From positions 639 through 64,638 of the forward strand of contig JADFPO010000004.1 in the NCBI GenBank assembly GCA_022562295.1: DNA of 64,000 nt, in the 5' to 3' direction. The notes beneath the pieces are model-generated. The model was given only the letters and a program-made list of their open reading frames with translations. It was not told the DNA's origin and did no database searches. Origin of the DNA: Gemmatimonadota bacterium. Lineage in GTDB: Bacteria > Gemmatimonadota > Gemmatimonadetes > Gemmatimonadales > GWC2-71-9. This document shows, piece after piece, positions 40,863 to 53,543 of the stretch. Position numbers and translations under genes: made by a program. Every line of letters begins with the position of its first letter. Position 1 is the first letter of the stretch.

Positions 40863-41901
40863 GCGGCTCTCCCCCCCCGCTCCCCTCGGCGATCGCCTCC
40901 AGCCGGCTCACGATAGGTGACAGGCGTCTCAAGACCGCCGCGTGACGCAAGACCTCCCGATGCCGCCTAGCTGGATACCCAGACACCGTCGCGCCGGGGG
41001 GGATGTCGCCGATGACGCCTGCCTGAGCACCGATCCGGGCGCGGCGGCCGACGGTGAGATGCCCGGCAAGACCCGCCTGCCCGGCTAGGATTACCTCATC
41101 CTCGATCACAGTACTGCCGGCGATTCCCACCTGCGCTAGGATCAAACACCGCTCCCCAATCCGCACGTTGTGGGCGATTTGGACCAGATTGTCGACCTTC
41201 GTCCCGGCTCCGATCTCGGTGTCGCCCACCCCCCCCCGATCGACGGTGGTGTTCGCCCCGATCTCCACGTCATCTCCGAGGATGCACTTGCCCAAATGGG
41301 GAATGCGTTCGTGCCCCGACTCAACTTCTACGTAACCGTATCCGGGCGTGCCGACGCGGGCTCCCGCATGCAGCACGACTCGTGCGCCGAGCTTCGCACC
41401 GCCCTCGACAACCGCCTGCGCATCCAGCCGACAGCCGTCTCCCAGAGTCACGTCGTCACCCACCACCACATGCTGATGAAGCACGCAATCGACGCCAAAG
41501 CGCACATTGCGCCCGACCACAACCCCCGCCCCCAGCGCGATCCGGCCCTCCCACCGCGTCCCAGCACCAATCTCGGCGGTCCGATCCACGCCCCAGGGGG
41601 GAGTCGCAACCGGATGCAGCGCCGGCAGGACTCGCACGAGGGCGGCGTACGGCGACGGGACGACAATACGTGTGGCCGGGCCCGGCTCGTGGTTCCGAAA
41701 TTCCGGCGTTGTTAGCACGACCCCGGCGTGGGACTCGTGGAAGCTTCTGAGGTACTTGGGAGATACCAGAAAAGACAAATCGCCGGGCCCAGCCCTATCG
41801 AGCGGGGCTAAGCCGGCGATCACGACTTCGGCGTTCCCGATCAGTTCACCGCCGGCAAGCTCGGCCACCTGACCGGCCGTCAATCGGCGCGACGAACTCA
41901 C
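40846..41901 (-). CDS. lpxD: UDP-3-O-(3-hydroxyacyl)glucosamine N-acyltransferase
   Basis: Hexapeptide-repeat body and an N-terminal LTAGQVAELAGGELIG. The likely start is GTG 41901, just after the skp stop. Confidence 0.85.
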   Translation of the reverse strand: MSSSRRLTAGQVAELAGGELIGNAEVVIAGLAPLDRAGPGDLSFLVSPKYLRSFHESHAGVVLTTPEFRNHEPGPATRIVVPSPYAALVRVLPALHPVATPPWGVDRTAEIGAGTRWEGRIALGAGVVVGRNVRFGVDCVLHQHVVVGDDVTLGDGCRLDAQAVVEGGAKLGARVVLHAGARVGTPGYGYVEVESGHERIPHLGKCILGDDVEIGANTTVDRGGVGDTEIGAGTKVDNLVQIAHNVRIGERCLILAQVGIAGSTVIEDEVILAGQAGLAGHLTVGRRARIGAQAGVIGDIPPGATVSGYPARRHREVLRHAAVLRRLSPIVSRLEAIAEGSGGGEPHERAR

Positions 41902-41908
41902 AAACGCC

Positions 41909-42433
41909 TTATTGCGACTGCTGCAACCTCTGTACGACAAGGGGCGTGAGGTCCAACGCCCGATCGAAGGCCGCGACTCCCTGAATCGAAGCGAGGTCAA
42001 ACACGATCCCAAGGTTGCGCTCGGCCCGGATGCCTTCGATGATGGCCTGAACCCTTTGCTCGAGCGGGGCCACGAGTTCTCGTTCTCGCGCCTGCGAGCG
42101 AGATTGCAGCTCTTGGGCGCGCTGCTCGAACCGCTGCTGGAGATCCCGGATCTCGGTCTCTTTTTCTTGCCGCGAGGTCGGGCTCAACACGACTTGCTGG
42201 CGTTCGTACTCCTGAATCATCGAGTCGCGCCGCTGGATCATCGCCTGGATCTCGTCCTCGAACGGCTGGAATTCCTCCTCGAACGCCTGCAGCGCTTCGG
42301 CATAACCCGGCGTTTGCTGCATGATCATTTCAAGGTTCACGAGACCGATGGTCGGTGCCGATTGACGGTTCGTAGCGGCAACGCCGGTCGCCACGACCAG
42401 AATGAGTGCCCAGAGAGCCCATTTGCGTTTCAT
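41909..42433 (-). CDS. skp: OmpH/Skp periplasmic chaperone
   Basis: Signal peptide MKRKWALWALILVVATGVAA, then a Gln/Glu-rich coiled coil. It sits in the bamA-skp-lpxD position. Confidence 0.8.
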   Translation of the reverse strand: MKRKWALWALILVVATGVAATNRQSAPTIGLVNLEMIMQQTPGYAEALQAFEEEFQPFEDEIQAMIQRRDSMIQEYERQQVVLSPTSRQEKETEIRDLQQRFEQRAQELQSRSQARERELVAPLEQRVQAIIEGIRAERNLGIVFDLASIQGVAAFDRALDLTPLVVQRLQQSQ

Positions 42434-42469
42434 GATTGCGCCACCTTCATCGCCAAGCAAGGGCGAAGT

Positions 42470-44875
42470 TTAGAAGAAATTCCCCAACTTGAAGTGGAAC
42501 TGCCACCCAGGATTCGGGTTGCCTGCCACGTCCGTCCGGTCGAACCCGTACGCGTAATCGAGACCGAGGGGACCTAGCGGCGAAAGTACGCTCGCTCCCA
42601 CACCCGCTCCCCTGAACAACCGGGTCGGATTGAACTGCTCGGGACGCGCCCACACATTACCGGCGTCCATGAACGTGTTCACGTACAGCGCCTGACTCAA
42701 TCGCAGCCCGACCTCGCCGGTGAACGCCGCGTAGGATGCGCCGAAGGCGTTGACACCACTGGCAAACGAGCCGCTCGCCGACGGGTCGAATCCGTTCGGC
42801 GTGATCGCGAACTCGTCGTACCCCCGAAGCGGAATCCCGAACTGCGTGCCGCCCATGGCAAATAGTTGTCGGAAGTGGGGACCGGCATCGCCCCATACAA
42901 AGCCTGTCTTCACCGTCAACCCCAGCAGGAACTGTAGGCCGCCTCCTCCCGCGTCCAGGCTGAACTGGGTCAGTGGCGCATACCACCGACCTTCGAAGGT
43001 CGCCCGTCGGAAATTGCCGCTGCCACCCAGGGGCCCACCGTTTTGCGATAGCTCGAAATGGTGAAGCGTGCCTCCTGTGGCAAACGGCAGACCGATTCGT
43101 GTGTCTCGCACGACCGACGTGCTGACGCTGGACAGTACACAATTTCGGCAATTGAAACGAGGAGCCAGCGTCGGCGAATCGAAATCACTTTGTTCGAGCG
43201 TGTAAGATCCGAGAATTCGAGTGAACCTCGATCCGAACAGCGGGAATCCAAATTGAAGCGTTCCACCCCTCGTCGTGATGCGACCGAGATCCGCCACCGT
43301 AAAGCGTTGCCGCGTGTTGTGCAGCCGCAGGTTGCCCGACACCAGGCCTCCGCGAATCGCCGGATCGGTGTACCCAACGTTGAAGTCGTTGAGATTGCTG
43401 CCAAACTGCAGTTGGAATTGAATCCGCTTTCCCTTGCCGAACAGGTTGGGCTCCTCCATCCCGATGAACCCGCCGATGCCCGTTCCCTGACCCAGCGATG
43501 CGCCGAAGTTCACGTTGCCGGTGCGCCGCTCTACCACCGTAAAGATCACGTCCACATCGCCCTGCTGATTGGCTTGGCCCGTAGTCGGCGTGGGCATCGG
43601 CTGTTCGAAGAAGCCGATGTTGGAGATCGCCTGATACGACTGAATCAGAGCATCCTGCCGAAATACATCGCCCGGCACCATGAAGATGGCGCGCCGAATG
43701 ATGCTCTCATGGGTAATCGTGTTCCCGACGATGTGAATCCGATTGACAATGGCCGGGGCCCCTTCGATCACGTTCCATCGAAGATCGACCAGCTTCTCCC
43801 CGTCGGGTCCGGTCCGGCGGGACATCGACTCTCGCACCTGCGCGTAGATGTAGCCGTTGTTGAAGTACAACGTGCTGACATCCTCCGTGGCGGCACCCCA
43901 CCGCGTTTCGTCGAACACACCGCCGTCGTCCCCACCGCCTCCGATACCGAGAAATCCACCAGTGGTTTCGCGGCCGAATGGATAAAACTGTTCGAGCTGT
44001 TGCCTGGTGAATTCCCGGTTCCCTAGGATCTCAAAGGTTCCCACCTTGTATTGATCGCCCTCGTCAACCGAGACGATGAGCGTGGCTTTGCCTGTACTCT
44101 CGTTGATCACCAACGTGTCGCGCAGCACTTGAAAGTCGATATATCCCCGAGAGGCATAGAACGCGGGCAGTTGCTCGCGGACATCGCGCTCGACCTTCAA
44201 CTCGTCGTACTCTCCCTTCTTGAACCAAAAGAAGCCTTCCGGCTTCGTGCTCATGTGGCTCACGATCTCGTCGGCGGTAAACGCCTCGTTGCCCTCGATG
44301 ATAATTCGGCTAATGGCGACCCGGCTGCCTTCGGTGATGTCGAACGTGAGTCGAACCCGGCCGTCTTCTTGGGGAAACACGGTCGCCTCGACACGAGTTT
44401 GGTAGTATCCCTCCTTCTTATACAGGGAATCGATCGCGGCCCGCGCCGCCGCAACATCAGCGGGGTTGTACGGCCTGCCGGCGATCAGTCGGATCTTGCC
44501 ACGCACGGACCGCTCCGACAGGTTGGACGCGCCGCGCAAGTCCCATCCGATCATGAGCGGTCGCTCGACGACGCGGAACTGGAGAATCTCGACACCATCA
44601 ACGGTGGCTTGGAGAACTTGGATATCCGCGAACTGACCGGTGGCGTAAAGCGCTTCAATCGCGCGTTGCACGTCGAGAAAACCGATGGGCTGCCCCAGTG
44701 CGATGTTGACGCGACTTAGCACTGCGGACCGCCCTTGCCGGTTGGCGCCGACTACTGCGATGCTGTCGAAAACGGTCGTCTCCGACCGCTGTTGGGCCTG
44801 CACCCCGGGAACCAGCCCGGCGACAAGCACCGCCAGCGCGACGCTCGTCCTGCCCGCTGCGCCCATCGTCCTCAC
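42470..44875 (-). CDS. bamA: Outer membrane protein assembly factor BamA
   Basis: 801 aa with a signal peptide, POTRA-like repeats, and a C-terminal barrel ending ...WQFHFKLGNFF. Confidence 0.9.
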   Translation of the reverse strand: MRTMGAAGRTSVALAVLVAGLVPGVQAQQRSETTVFDSIAVVGANRQGRSAVLSRVNIALGQPIGFLDVQRAIEALYATGQFADIQVLQATVDGVEILQFRVVERPLMIGWDLRGASNLSERSVRGKIRLIAGRPYNPADVAAARAAIDSLYKKEGYYQTRVEATVFPQEDGRVRLTFDITEGSRVAISRIIIEGNEAFTADEIVSHMSTKPEGFFWFKKGEYDELKVERDVREQLPAFYASRGYIDFQVLRDTLVINESTGKATLIVSVDEGDQYKVGTFEILGNREFTRQQLEQFYPFGRETTGGFLGIGGGGDDGGVFDETRWGAATEDVSTLYFNNGYIYAQVRESMSRRTGPDGEKLVDLRWNVIEGAPAIVNRIHIVGNTITHESIIRRAIFMVPGDVFRQDALIQSYQAISNIGFFEQPMPTPTTGQANQQGDVDVIFTVVERRTGNVNFGASLGQGTGIGGFIGMEEPNLFGKGKRIQFQLQFGSNLNDFNVGYTDPAIRGGLVSGNLRLHNTRQRFTVADLGRITTRGGTLQFGFPLFGSRFTRILGSYTLEQSDFDSPTLAPRFNCRNCVLSSVSTSVVRDTRIGLPFATGGTLHHFELSQNGGPLGGSGNFRRATFEGRWYAPLTQFSLDAGGGGLQFLLGLTVKTGFVWGDAGPHFRQLFAMGGTQFGIPLRGYDEFAITPNGFDPSASGSFASGVNAFGASYAAFTGEVGLRLSQALYVNTFMDAGNVWARPEQFNPTRLFRGAGVGASVLSPLGPLGLDYAYGFDRTDVAGNPNPGWQFHFKLGNFF

Positions 44876-47353
<2,478 letters not shown>

Positions 47354-47402
47354 TTCCGGACCCGTTTATTCCCTTAGTATGTTTCCCGGACTGCCGTTGC
47401 GG

Positions 47403-48488
47403 TTACCGTGCAACCTCCGCTTCGAGTAACTGTCGAGTGTAGCTCGCCCGCATCATTGGCAAATCCGGGTCGTCCAACCCTTTCTTCGCCCGCCACGCCA
47501 AGTGGGCCGGCTGGGTGAAGATCAGCAGCTTATTCAGTGTATATACACTGACATCGGATATGAGGTTCAGTCCAACACCGAGCCTCACCCCACTTAGCAG
47601 GTTCATGGTCTCCTCGAAGGAGAGGCTCCGAGCGTACCTCAGCAAACCGTAGGCACGCCACACCTTGTCGGCAATGACGTTTGGGGCATCCCGTTGCAGA
47701 ATGTGCCGGGCTTGCTCTTCGTACTCGATCACCTTCCGCACCATATCGCCCAGATGATCGAGCAGGTCCTCTTCCGACTTCCCCAGGGTGGTCTGGTTGG
47801 AGAGTTGGAAGAAATTGCCCACGACCTCACTCCCCTCCCCATACAGGCCCCTGAACGTGAGCCCGACCTGGGAGAGTCCTCGGAGGACTTTGGCTATCTC
47901 TTTCGTGAGCACAAGACCGGGAAGGTGGATCAACACGGAGGCCCGCAGCCCCGTTCCGGTATTCGTCGGGCAGGACGTAAGATAACCAAACTCTTCGTGG
48001 AACGAGAAGGCCAGCTCCTTCCCGAGTTCCGCGTCGAGGCGTTCGAGATCCGCGTAGGCTTCGTCAAGTGCAAATCCCGATTTGAGGCACTGGAGACGCA
48101 CGTGGTCTTCCTCGTTGACCATGACGCCCACGACCCCGTCCGTAAGAAGGGCTGAGCCAGGCCGGACCCCGCGATCCCCCTCCCCTTCCAACCCCGCCAA
48201 CTCCCTGGACACCAAACGCCTCTCGTGTAATAGCTGCCTCTCGATTAGATCCATGTCCTGAAGCCGAATCACCGGCGCGTCGCGGAGTTGCTGAGACGCG
48301 CGACTCGCCCGCTCGACCTCGGCCAACACGGTATCACAGTCGGCCGGCTCGGCTCTGATCGTAAATCGTCTCCCCGCAAGATTGCGAGCCAGGCGCACCC
48401 GCGTGGAGAGCACGATGTTGCCCTCCGGACCGCTCGCGTCCAGCCACAACATGCCGCCGTCGGGGAGCAGGTCGGGGTCAAAGGTCAT
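47403..48488 (-). CDS. mcsB: Protein arginine kinase McsB (ATP:guanido phosphotransferase family)
   Basis: NEEDHVRLQ and the phosphagen-kinase signature CPTNTGTGLRAS. Confidence 0.85.
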   Translation of the reverse strand: MTFDPDLLPDGGMLWLDASGPEGNIVLSTRVRLARNLAGRRFTIRAEPADCDTVLAEVERASRASQQLRDAPVIRLQDMDLIERQLLHERRLVSRELAGLEGEGDRGVRPGSALLTDGVVGVMVNEEDHVRLQCLKSGFALDEAYADLERLDAELGKELAFSFHEEFGYLTSCPTNTGTGLRASVLIHLPGLVLTKEIAKVLRGLSQVGLTFRGLYGEGSEVVGNFFQLSNQTTLGKSEEDLLDHLGDMVRKVIEYEEQARHILQRDAPNVIADKVWRAYGLLRYARSLSFEETMNLLSGVRLGVGLNLISDVSVYTLNKLLIFTQPAHLAWRAKKGLDDPDLPMMRASYTRQLLEAEVAR

Positions 48489-48991
48489 TCGATCACCTTG
48501 ATTTTGTCGCGCAGTTCAGCCGCCAGCTCGAAGTTCTCGACCTCCACGGCCCTCTGCAGCTGATTCCGCAGCGTCCCGATCTTGGTATCACGCGGCTCCG
48601 GCATCGACTGCGCACCCTCGTACCGCTCGCCAACGTGCTGGTTGGACCCATGCAAGCGGCGGAGGAGGTCTCGAAGATGTTGTCCGAAAGCGGCGTAGCA
48701 ATTCGGACAGCCAAGTCGGCCGGTGTCGCGGAAATCTTTCAACGTCCCCTGACAGAAATCGCATAGCGTCGCGTCATCGCCGACAGTGACTTCGCCGCCC
48801 CCGCCCCCCCCCCCAGCTTTGCCCATCGACGCAAGAAAATCGGACAGCGGGAACTTGGCCACCGAGGCATTCGTCTGTACCCCCTTCCCCGCCGCACACT
48901 GGTCGCACAAATGGACCGTCGTGACAGAGTTGTTCACGATCTGTGTGAGATGAACCGACGCCGGTCGTTCACTACAGCGGTCACATTGCAT
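48485..48991 (-). CDS. mcsA: McsA-like activator: zinc-finger pairs plus a UVR motif
   Basis: CDRC...CDQC and CDFC...CPNC pairs. The C-terminal UVR is LQRAVEVENFELAAELRDKI. Overlaps the mcsB start. Confidence 0.75.
   Translation of the reverse strand: MQCDRCSERPASVHLTQIVNNSVTTVHLCDQCAAGKGVQTNASVAKFPLSDFLASMGKAGGGGGGGEVTVGDDATLCDFCQGTLKDFRDTGRLGCPNCYAAFGQHLRDLLRRLHGSNQHVGERYEGAQSMPEPRDTKIGTLRNQLQRAVEVENFELAAELRDKIKVIE
48804..48814. repeat. 11-nt G/C homopolymer inside mcsA (encodes part of a Gly7 linker)
   Basis: C11 on the plus strand at 48804-48814, cross-checked against the McsA translation KAGGGGGGGEV. Confidence 0.9.
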
Positions 48992-49693
48992 CTAGGACGT
49001 GGCCTCCGTGATCGTGGCCGGCTCCAGTCGACCGTTGGCCAATAACACCGTACGGTCGCACCGGTCTGCCAGCGAGCGATTGTGTGTGACGAGGACCAGT
49101 GCGGTTTCGAGATCTCGCGCCAGGTCGAACAGCAAGTCGTGCAGCCGGTCGGCGTTGGCCTCGTCGAGGTTGCCGGACGGTTCGTCCGCCAGGAGCACCT
49201 TGGGATCGGTCACCAGGGCGCGCGCGACGGCACAGCGCTGCTGTTCCCCACCCGACAGCTGGGCCGGCCGGTGAGCCATACGGCCGGCTAGGTCCACGCG
49301 GGCCAACACCTCTTCGGCCCGCGACCGCGCGCGCCGCGCGTCGGTCCCGCCGATCAGCAGCGGCATCATCACGTTCTCGAGCGCGGTAAACTCACGAAGA
49401 AGATGATGAAACTGGAAGACGAATCCGATCTTCTGATTCCGCAACACATCGAGCTCCAGTGGCGTCATGCTCGGGTACGAATGTCCGTCGAGCACGATCT
49501 CTCCGCCCGAAGGAATGTCGAGAGCCCCTAACAGATGGAGGAGGGTGCTCTTGCCGGCTCCGCTTGGCCCGACAACAGCCACCACCTCTCCGCGATGGAC
49601 CGCCAGATTGACGTCCGTCAGCACGTCCACGTCTGCGGCATCACCCCCACGATAGGTCTTCCGCAAACCGCGGGCTTCCACGATCGCGCTCAT
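48992..49693 (-). CDS. lolD: Lipoprotein-releasing ABC transporter ATP-binding protein LolD
   Basis: GPSGAGKST, LSGGEQQRCAVARAL and LLADEPSGNLD. ATG 49693 forms an ATGA overlap with the permease stop. Confidence 0.85.
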   Translation of the reverse strand: MSAIVEARGLRKTYRGGDAADVDVLTDVNLAVHRGEVVAVVGPSGAGKSTLLHLLGALDIPSGGEIVLDGHSYPSMTPLELDVLRNQKIGFVFQFHHLLREFTALENVMMPLLIGGTDARRARSRAEEVLARVDLAGRMAHRPAQLSGGEQQRCAVARALVTDPKVLLADEPSGNLDEANADRLHDLLFDLARDLETALVLVTHNRSLADRCDRTVLLANGRLEPATITEATS

Positions 49694-50940
49694 TCGTGTC
49701 TGATCGCTTCCACCGGCGTGAGGTCCGCCGCACGGCGCGCCGGGTAGATCGTGGCAATGGTGGCCACCAACAAACTCGCACCCACGACCATTGAGAAATC
49801 GAGCCACTGTATTTGCACAGGCAGGTGGTCGATGAAGTACACCGACGCGTCCAGCTTGATGAGCTGCCCCCGATCGAACAGCCGAGCCAGGGCCAGACCG
49901 GTTATGGCGCCCACGGTGGTGCCCACGAGCCCGATGATGGTTCCCTGGAGCACGAACACTTGCCGTATGGATTTCGCGGGCAATCCCATCGCCCGAAGAA
50001 TACCGATCTCCCGAGTCTTGTCGGTCACCATCATCGTCAACGTTCCAACGATGTTGAACGCCGCAACGATCACGATCAACAACAGGATGAGGCTCATCGC
50101 CAGCTTTTCCAGCTGGAGTGCCGAAAACAGCTGGCTATTCTGCTCCTGCCAATCGACCGATCGGTATGGGTAACCCAATCGCTCCTCCAGCTCGCGCCCA
50201 ACGCGCGGCGCGATCATGGGATCGGAAACCCGGACATCGATTCCGCTTACGGCGTCGTTCAATCCGGAGAACCGCTGCGCAAGCTCGAGAGGGAGCACGA
50301 CATAGCTGTTGTCGTACTCGAACATCCCCGTGTCGAAGCGTCCCGTGACCTCGAACGTCCAGTAGCTGGGAATGAAGCTGCCCACCGCCGCGTTGAACTT
50401 GCTTCCCGCCGATGAGATGACGGTCACTTCGTCGCCCTCATAGGCCAACAACCGCTGAGACAGCCGGTGACCCAGCACGATTCCGCCGTCCACCGCGTCC
50501 AGCGCTGTGGCAAAACCCAAGTCGCCGCTGACGAAGTATCGCGGCAACGGTGTCACCGACATAGCCCCGGTGTCGGGTTGGATGCCCAATACCCGAACGC
50601 CCTCCGTGTAGTCAGCCCCTGCCCGTACCAATCCTTGGCTTATCACGAACGGCGCTGCCGTCTCGACATCAGGGTGTTGACGAATCACATCGAGTGTGGT
50701 GCGCCAATCGTCGATGCGTAGCCCCGCTCCGAAGGTGAGAATGCGGACATGTGGACTCGCGATGAGGATCTTTCCGCGCAGCTCGGCCTGCAATCCATTC
50801 ATGACGCCCACCACCACGATCAATGCCGTCACACCGACGGCGACTCCCCCCGTCGCGATCAGCGTGATCAGCGAAACGAGGCGCGACGACCGCCTACTGC
50901 GCAGGTAGCGCACGGCAATTTTCCACTCGAGGCTTTTCAT
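49690..50940 (-). CDS. LolC/LolE-family lipoprotein-releasing system permease (FtsX-like)
   Basis: 416 aa with an N-terminal TM, a large periplasmic loop, and a C-terminal FtsX-type 3-TM bundle. Confidence 0.85.
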   Translation of the reverse strand: MKSLEWKIAVRYLRSRRSSRLVSLITLIATGGVAVGVTALIVVVGVMNGLQAELRGKILIASPHVRILTFGAGLRIDDWRTTLDVIRQHPDVETAAPFVISQGLVRAGADYTEGVRVLGIQPDTGAMSVTPLPRYFVSGDLGFATALDAVDGGIVLGHRLSQRLLAYEGDEVTVISSAGSKFNAAVGSFIPSYWTFEVTGRFDTGMFEYDNSYVVLPLELAQRFSGLNDAVSGIDVRVSDPMIAPRVGRELEERLGYPYRSVDWQEQNSQLFSALQLEKLAMSLILLLIVIVAAFNIVGTLTMMVTDKTREIGILRAMGLPAKSIRQVFVLQGTIIGLVGTTVGAITGLALARLFDRGQLIKLDASVYFIDHLPVQIQWLDFSMVVGASLLVATIATIYPARRAADLTPVEAIRHE

Positions 50941-52442
50941 TCCTTCGACTTCAACGCTGGGAACAAGATGACGTCGCGAATATTGCTACGCCCCGAGAGG
51001 AGCATCACAAATCGGTCTACACCCAGGCCGAGCCCGCCGGTCGGTGGCATCCCGTATTCCAGCGCGCGAATGTAGTCTTCGTCGATCACGTTCACCGGCG
51101 CCATGTCCGCTTCCCGCGCAGCGGCCAAAATCTCGAACCTGCGACGTTGATCATCGGGATCGTTTAGCTCGCTGAACGCATTGGCCAGCTCAATGCCGTT
51201 GACAAAAAACTCGAATCGCTCCGTGAGACGCGGTTCTCCTCGTTTCGACTTCGCAAACGGCGAAATCTCAATCGGGTGATCCCGCACGATGGTCGGTTGC
51301 GTGAGCCCCGGCTCGACGAAGACCTTGAAGACCTCGTCGAGCATTTTTGCCCGCGACATCCCGTCGACATCCACAGCATCATCGTGCGAACGGAGCCGCG
51401 CGCGAAGCTCCGCATCTGAACCAAATACACTTATGCCGGCGTGCTGTTGAAACAATTCCGCATAATCGACTCTCCGCCACGGCACCGAGAAGTCCAGGGT
51501 CGTTCCAAAATCATTGATTTGCAGTGACCCGCGTACCTCGTGAACGATGCCCGACACCAGGGCTTCCAGGACGGACATCATGTCCGTGTAATCGGCATAT
51601 GCCTGGTAAAACTCAAGCATCGTAAACTCGGGATTATGCAACCGATCCACACCTTCGTTCCGAAAATCATGGCAAATCTCGTACACGCGGTCGAGCCCGC
51701 CCACAATGCAGCGCTTGAGATACAACTCATCGGCAATACGCAGGTACAGCTGGGCATTCAAGGCTTCATGGTGCGTGATGAACGGCAGGGCCATGGCGCC
51801 GCCATACAAGGGCTGTAGCACCGGAGTTTCCACTTCGGTGAAGCCGCGTTCGTCGAAAAACCGGCGCATGAGACGAATAACTGTCGCCCGCAACTGGAAG
51901 ACTTCCCGCACGTCGCTGTTGACAGCCAAATCGACGTAGCGCTGGCGATACCGGGTCTCCGCATCCGCCAGCAAGCCATGTCGCCGACCATCGGCGTCTT
52001 CCTTTCCCAAGGGCAACGGACGGAGCGATTTTGCCAGGAGTTCCACGTGCTCCGCCCGAACGGTGATCTCTTCCGTCCGAGTCCGCATGAGACTGCCGCG
52101 CACCCCGATGTGGTCGCTCAGATCCATCAATTTCAGCAGGTCGTACGCTTCATCGCCCAGATCGTCTCGCTTGAAGTAGACCTGGATTTTCCCCGTGTGG
52201 TCCCCGAGGTGCATGAATGTGCTCTTGCCGTGCGGACGCAGCGCGACGATTCGCCCAGCCACGCTCACGGACACGTCCTCGTCTCCCCCACCCTCCTCCC
52301 CCTGGTACGCCTCCAGCGCCTCACGTGCCGTGTGCGTCCGCTCGTAGCGGTAGGCGAATGGCTCGATGCCGCGTGCCACTAGCGCCTCCAGCTTCTCGCG
52401 GCGCGCCGCCTCGATGTACGAGATCTCCTTCGTCCCCGTCAC
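50937..52442 (-). CDS. lysS: Lysine--tRNA ligase (class II)
   Basis: An OB-fold N-domain, then class II motifs (FTEVETPVL ... FRNEG ... GLGLGVDRFVMLL). Confidence 0.9.
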   Translation of the reverse strand: MTGTKEISYIEAARREKLEALVARGIEPFAYRYERTHTAREALEAYQGEEGGGDEDVSVSVAGRIVALRPHGKSTFMHLGDHTGKIQVYFKRDDLGDEAYDLLKLMDLSDHIGVRGSLMRTRTEEITVRAEHVELLAKSLRPLPLGKEDADGRRHGLLADAETRYRQRYVDLAVNSDVREVFQLRATVIRLMRRFFDERGFTEVETPVLQPLYGGAMALPFITHHEALNAQLYLRIADELYLKRCIVGGLDRVYEICHDFRNEGVDRLHNPEFTMLEFYQAYADYTDMMSVLEALVSGIVHEVRGSLQINDFGTTLDFSVPWRRVDYAELFQQHAGISVFGSDAELRARLRSHDDAVDVDGMSRAKMLDEVFKVFVEPGLTQPTIVRDHPIEISPFAKSKRGEPRLTERFEFFVNGIELANAFSELNDPDDQRRRFEILAAAREADMAPVNVIDEDYIRALEYGMPPTGGLGLGVDRFVMLLSGRSNIRDVILFPALKSKE

Positions 52443-53543
52443 GCCGCCCGACTCCCGTAGCGCTTCAGATACGCGTAGATAAACTGATCCAAGTCGCCGT
52501 CCATAACCTTTTGGACATCAGTGACCTTTAGTTCTGTGCGGTGGTCGTTCACCATCGTGTAGGGCTGAAACACGTATGAACGACTCTGATTTCCCCAGCC
52601 AATTTCCTTCTTGGTCGCCTCGACCTTCGCCTTTTCTTGCTCCTGCTCCTCCCGCGCCCGTTCGTAAAGGGCAGACTTGAGCATCTTCATCGCGGTCGCA
52701 CGGTTTTTGAACTGACTGCGTTCCTGCTGACACGACACGACGAGGCCACTCGGCCCGTGCCGCAGACGCACAGCCGACGACGTCTTGTTCACGTGCTGCC
52801 CACCCGCCCCGGACGCCCGGAACACCTCCATCTCGATGTCATCTTCGCGGAGGTCGATCTCGATCGAATCATCCACCACGGGGTACACGAACACCGAGGC
52901 GAACGAGGTGTGCCGGCGAGATTGCGCATCGAAGGGAGAGATCCGCACTAGACGATGCACGCCCTTCTCCGCCTTGAGGTAGCCGTAGGCGAAGTCACCA
53001 CGCATCTCCATCGACACGGATTTGATTCCGGCTTCTTCGCCGGGCAGCAGGTCGAGCACCACGACCTCATACGATCGCCGCTCGGCCCATCTGGTGTACA
53101 TCCGCATGAGCATCTGCGCCCAGTCCTGTGATTCCGTCCCACCAGCCCCGGGATGGATGGTCACAAGGGCCGATCGCTGGTCGTCGGGGCCCTGGAGCAT
53201 GTTCTGCAGTTCGAGTCGCTCAAGGGATTCGACCAGCTGCTGCACCTCCCCCTCCAAACCGGATTGGATTTCGGGGTCGGGATCGTCATCGAGCAGATCT
53301 GCCATTTCGGCAGCATCCCGCAAAAGGGCCGAGAGATCGGCGAATGGCTCGGTCCACCGCTTGATCCGCCGCATGTCGTCCACGGCCGCGCGGGCCTTGG
53401 CGGCATCGTCCCAAAAACCTGGGGCGGCCATCGAGGCCTCGAGTTTCTCTAGGCGGGAGAGTCGGGCATCGAGGTCAAAGAAAACCTCGAAGTTCGAGTA
53501 GGCGTCTTTCGATGTCGCGGAGAGTGTCGTGAATTTGGCTCAC
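52439..53543 (-). CDS. prfB: Peptide chain release factor 2, expressed via a programmed +1 frameshift
   Basis: ORF0 runs GTG 53543 ... CTT TGA (22 codons, VSQIHDTLRDIERRLLELRGFL*). The +1 frame continues DLDARLSRLEKLEASMAAPGFWDD into track ORF 52439..53431, which has SPF and GGQ (SGAGGQHVNKT) motifs. Confidence 0.9.
53474..53480 (-). promoter_or_regulatory. RF2 autoregulatory +1 frameshift site CTT TGA C with an upstream SD-like GAGG
   Basis: The minus strand reads CGA GGT TTT CTT TGA C. Coordinates were cross-checked against the flanking track ORFs. Confidence 0.85.

Noticed and set aside
43058-44026. 322-aa plus-strand ORF. The same reasoning applies to 44051..44719, 23731..24876, 13611..14528, 38942..39757 and 62039..62707.
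   Set aside because: All lie antisense to well-supported genes (bamA, der/DUF512, the GT-C gene, lpxA, HD-GYP). They are long only because stop codons are rare in GC-rich DNA.
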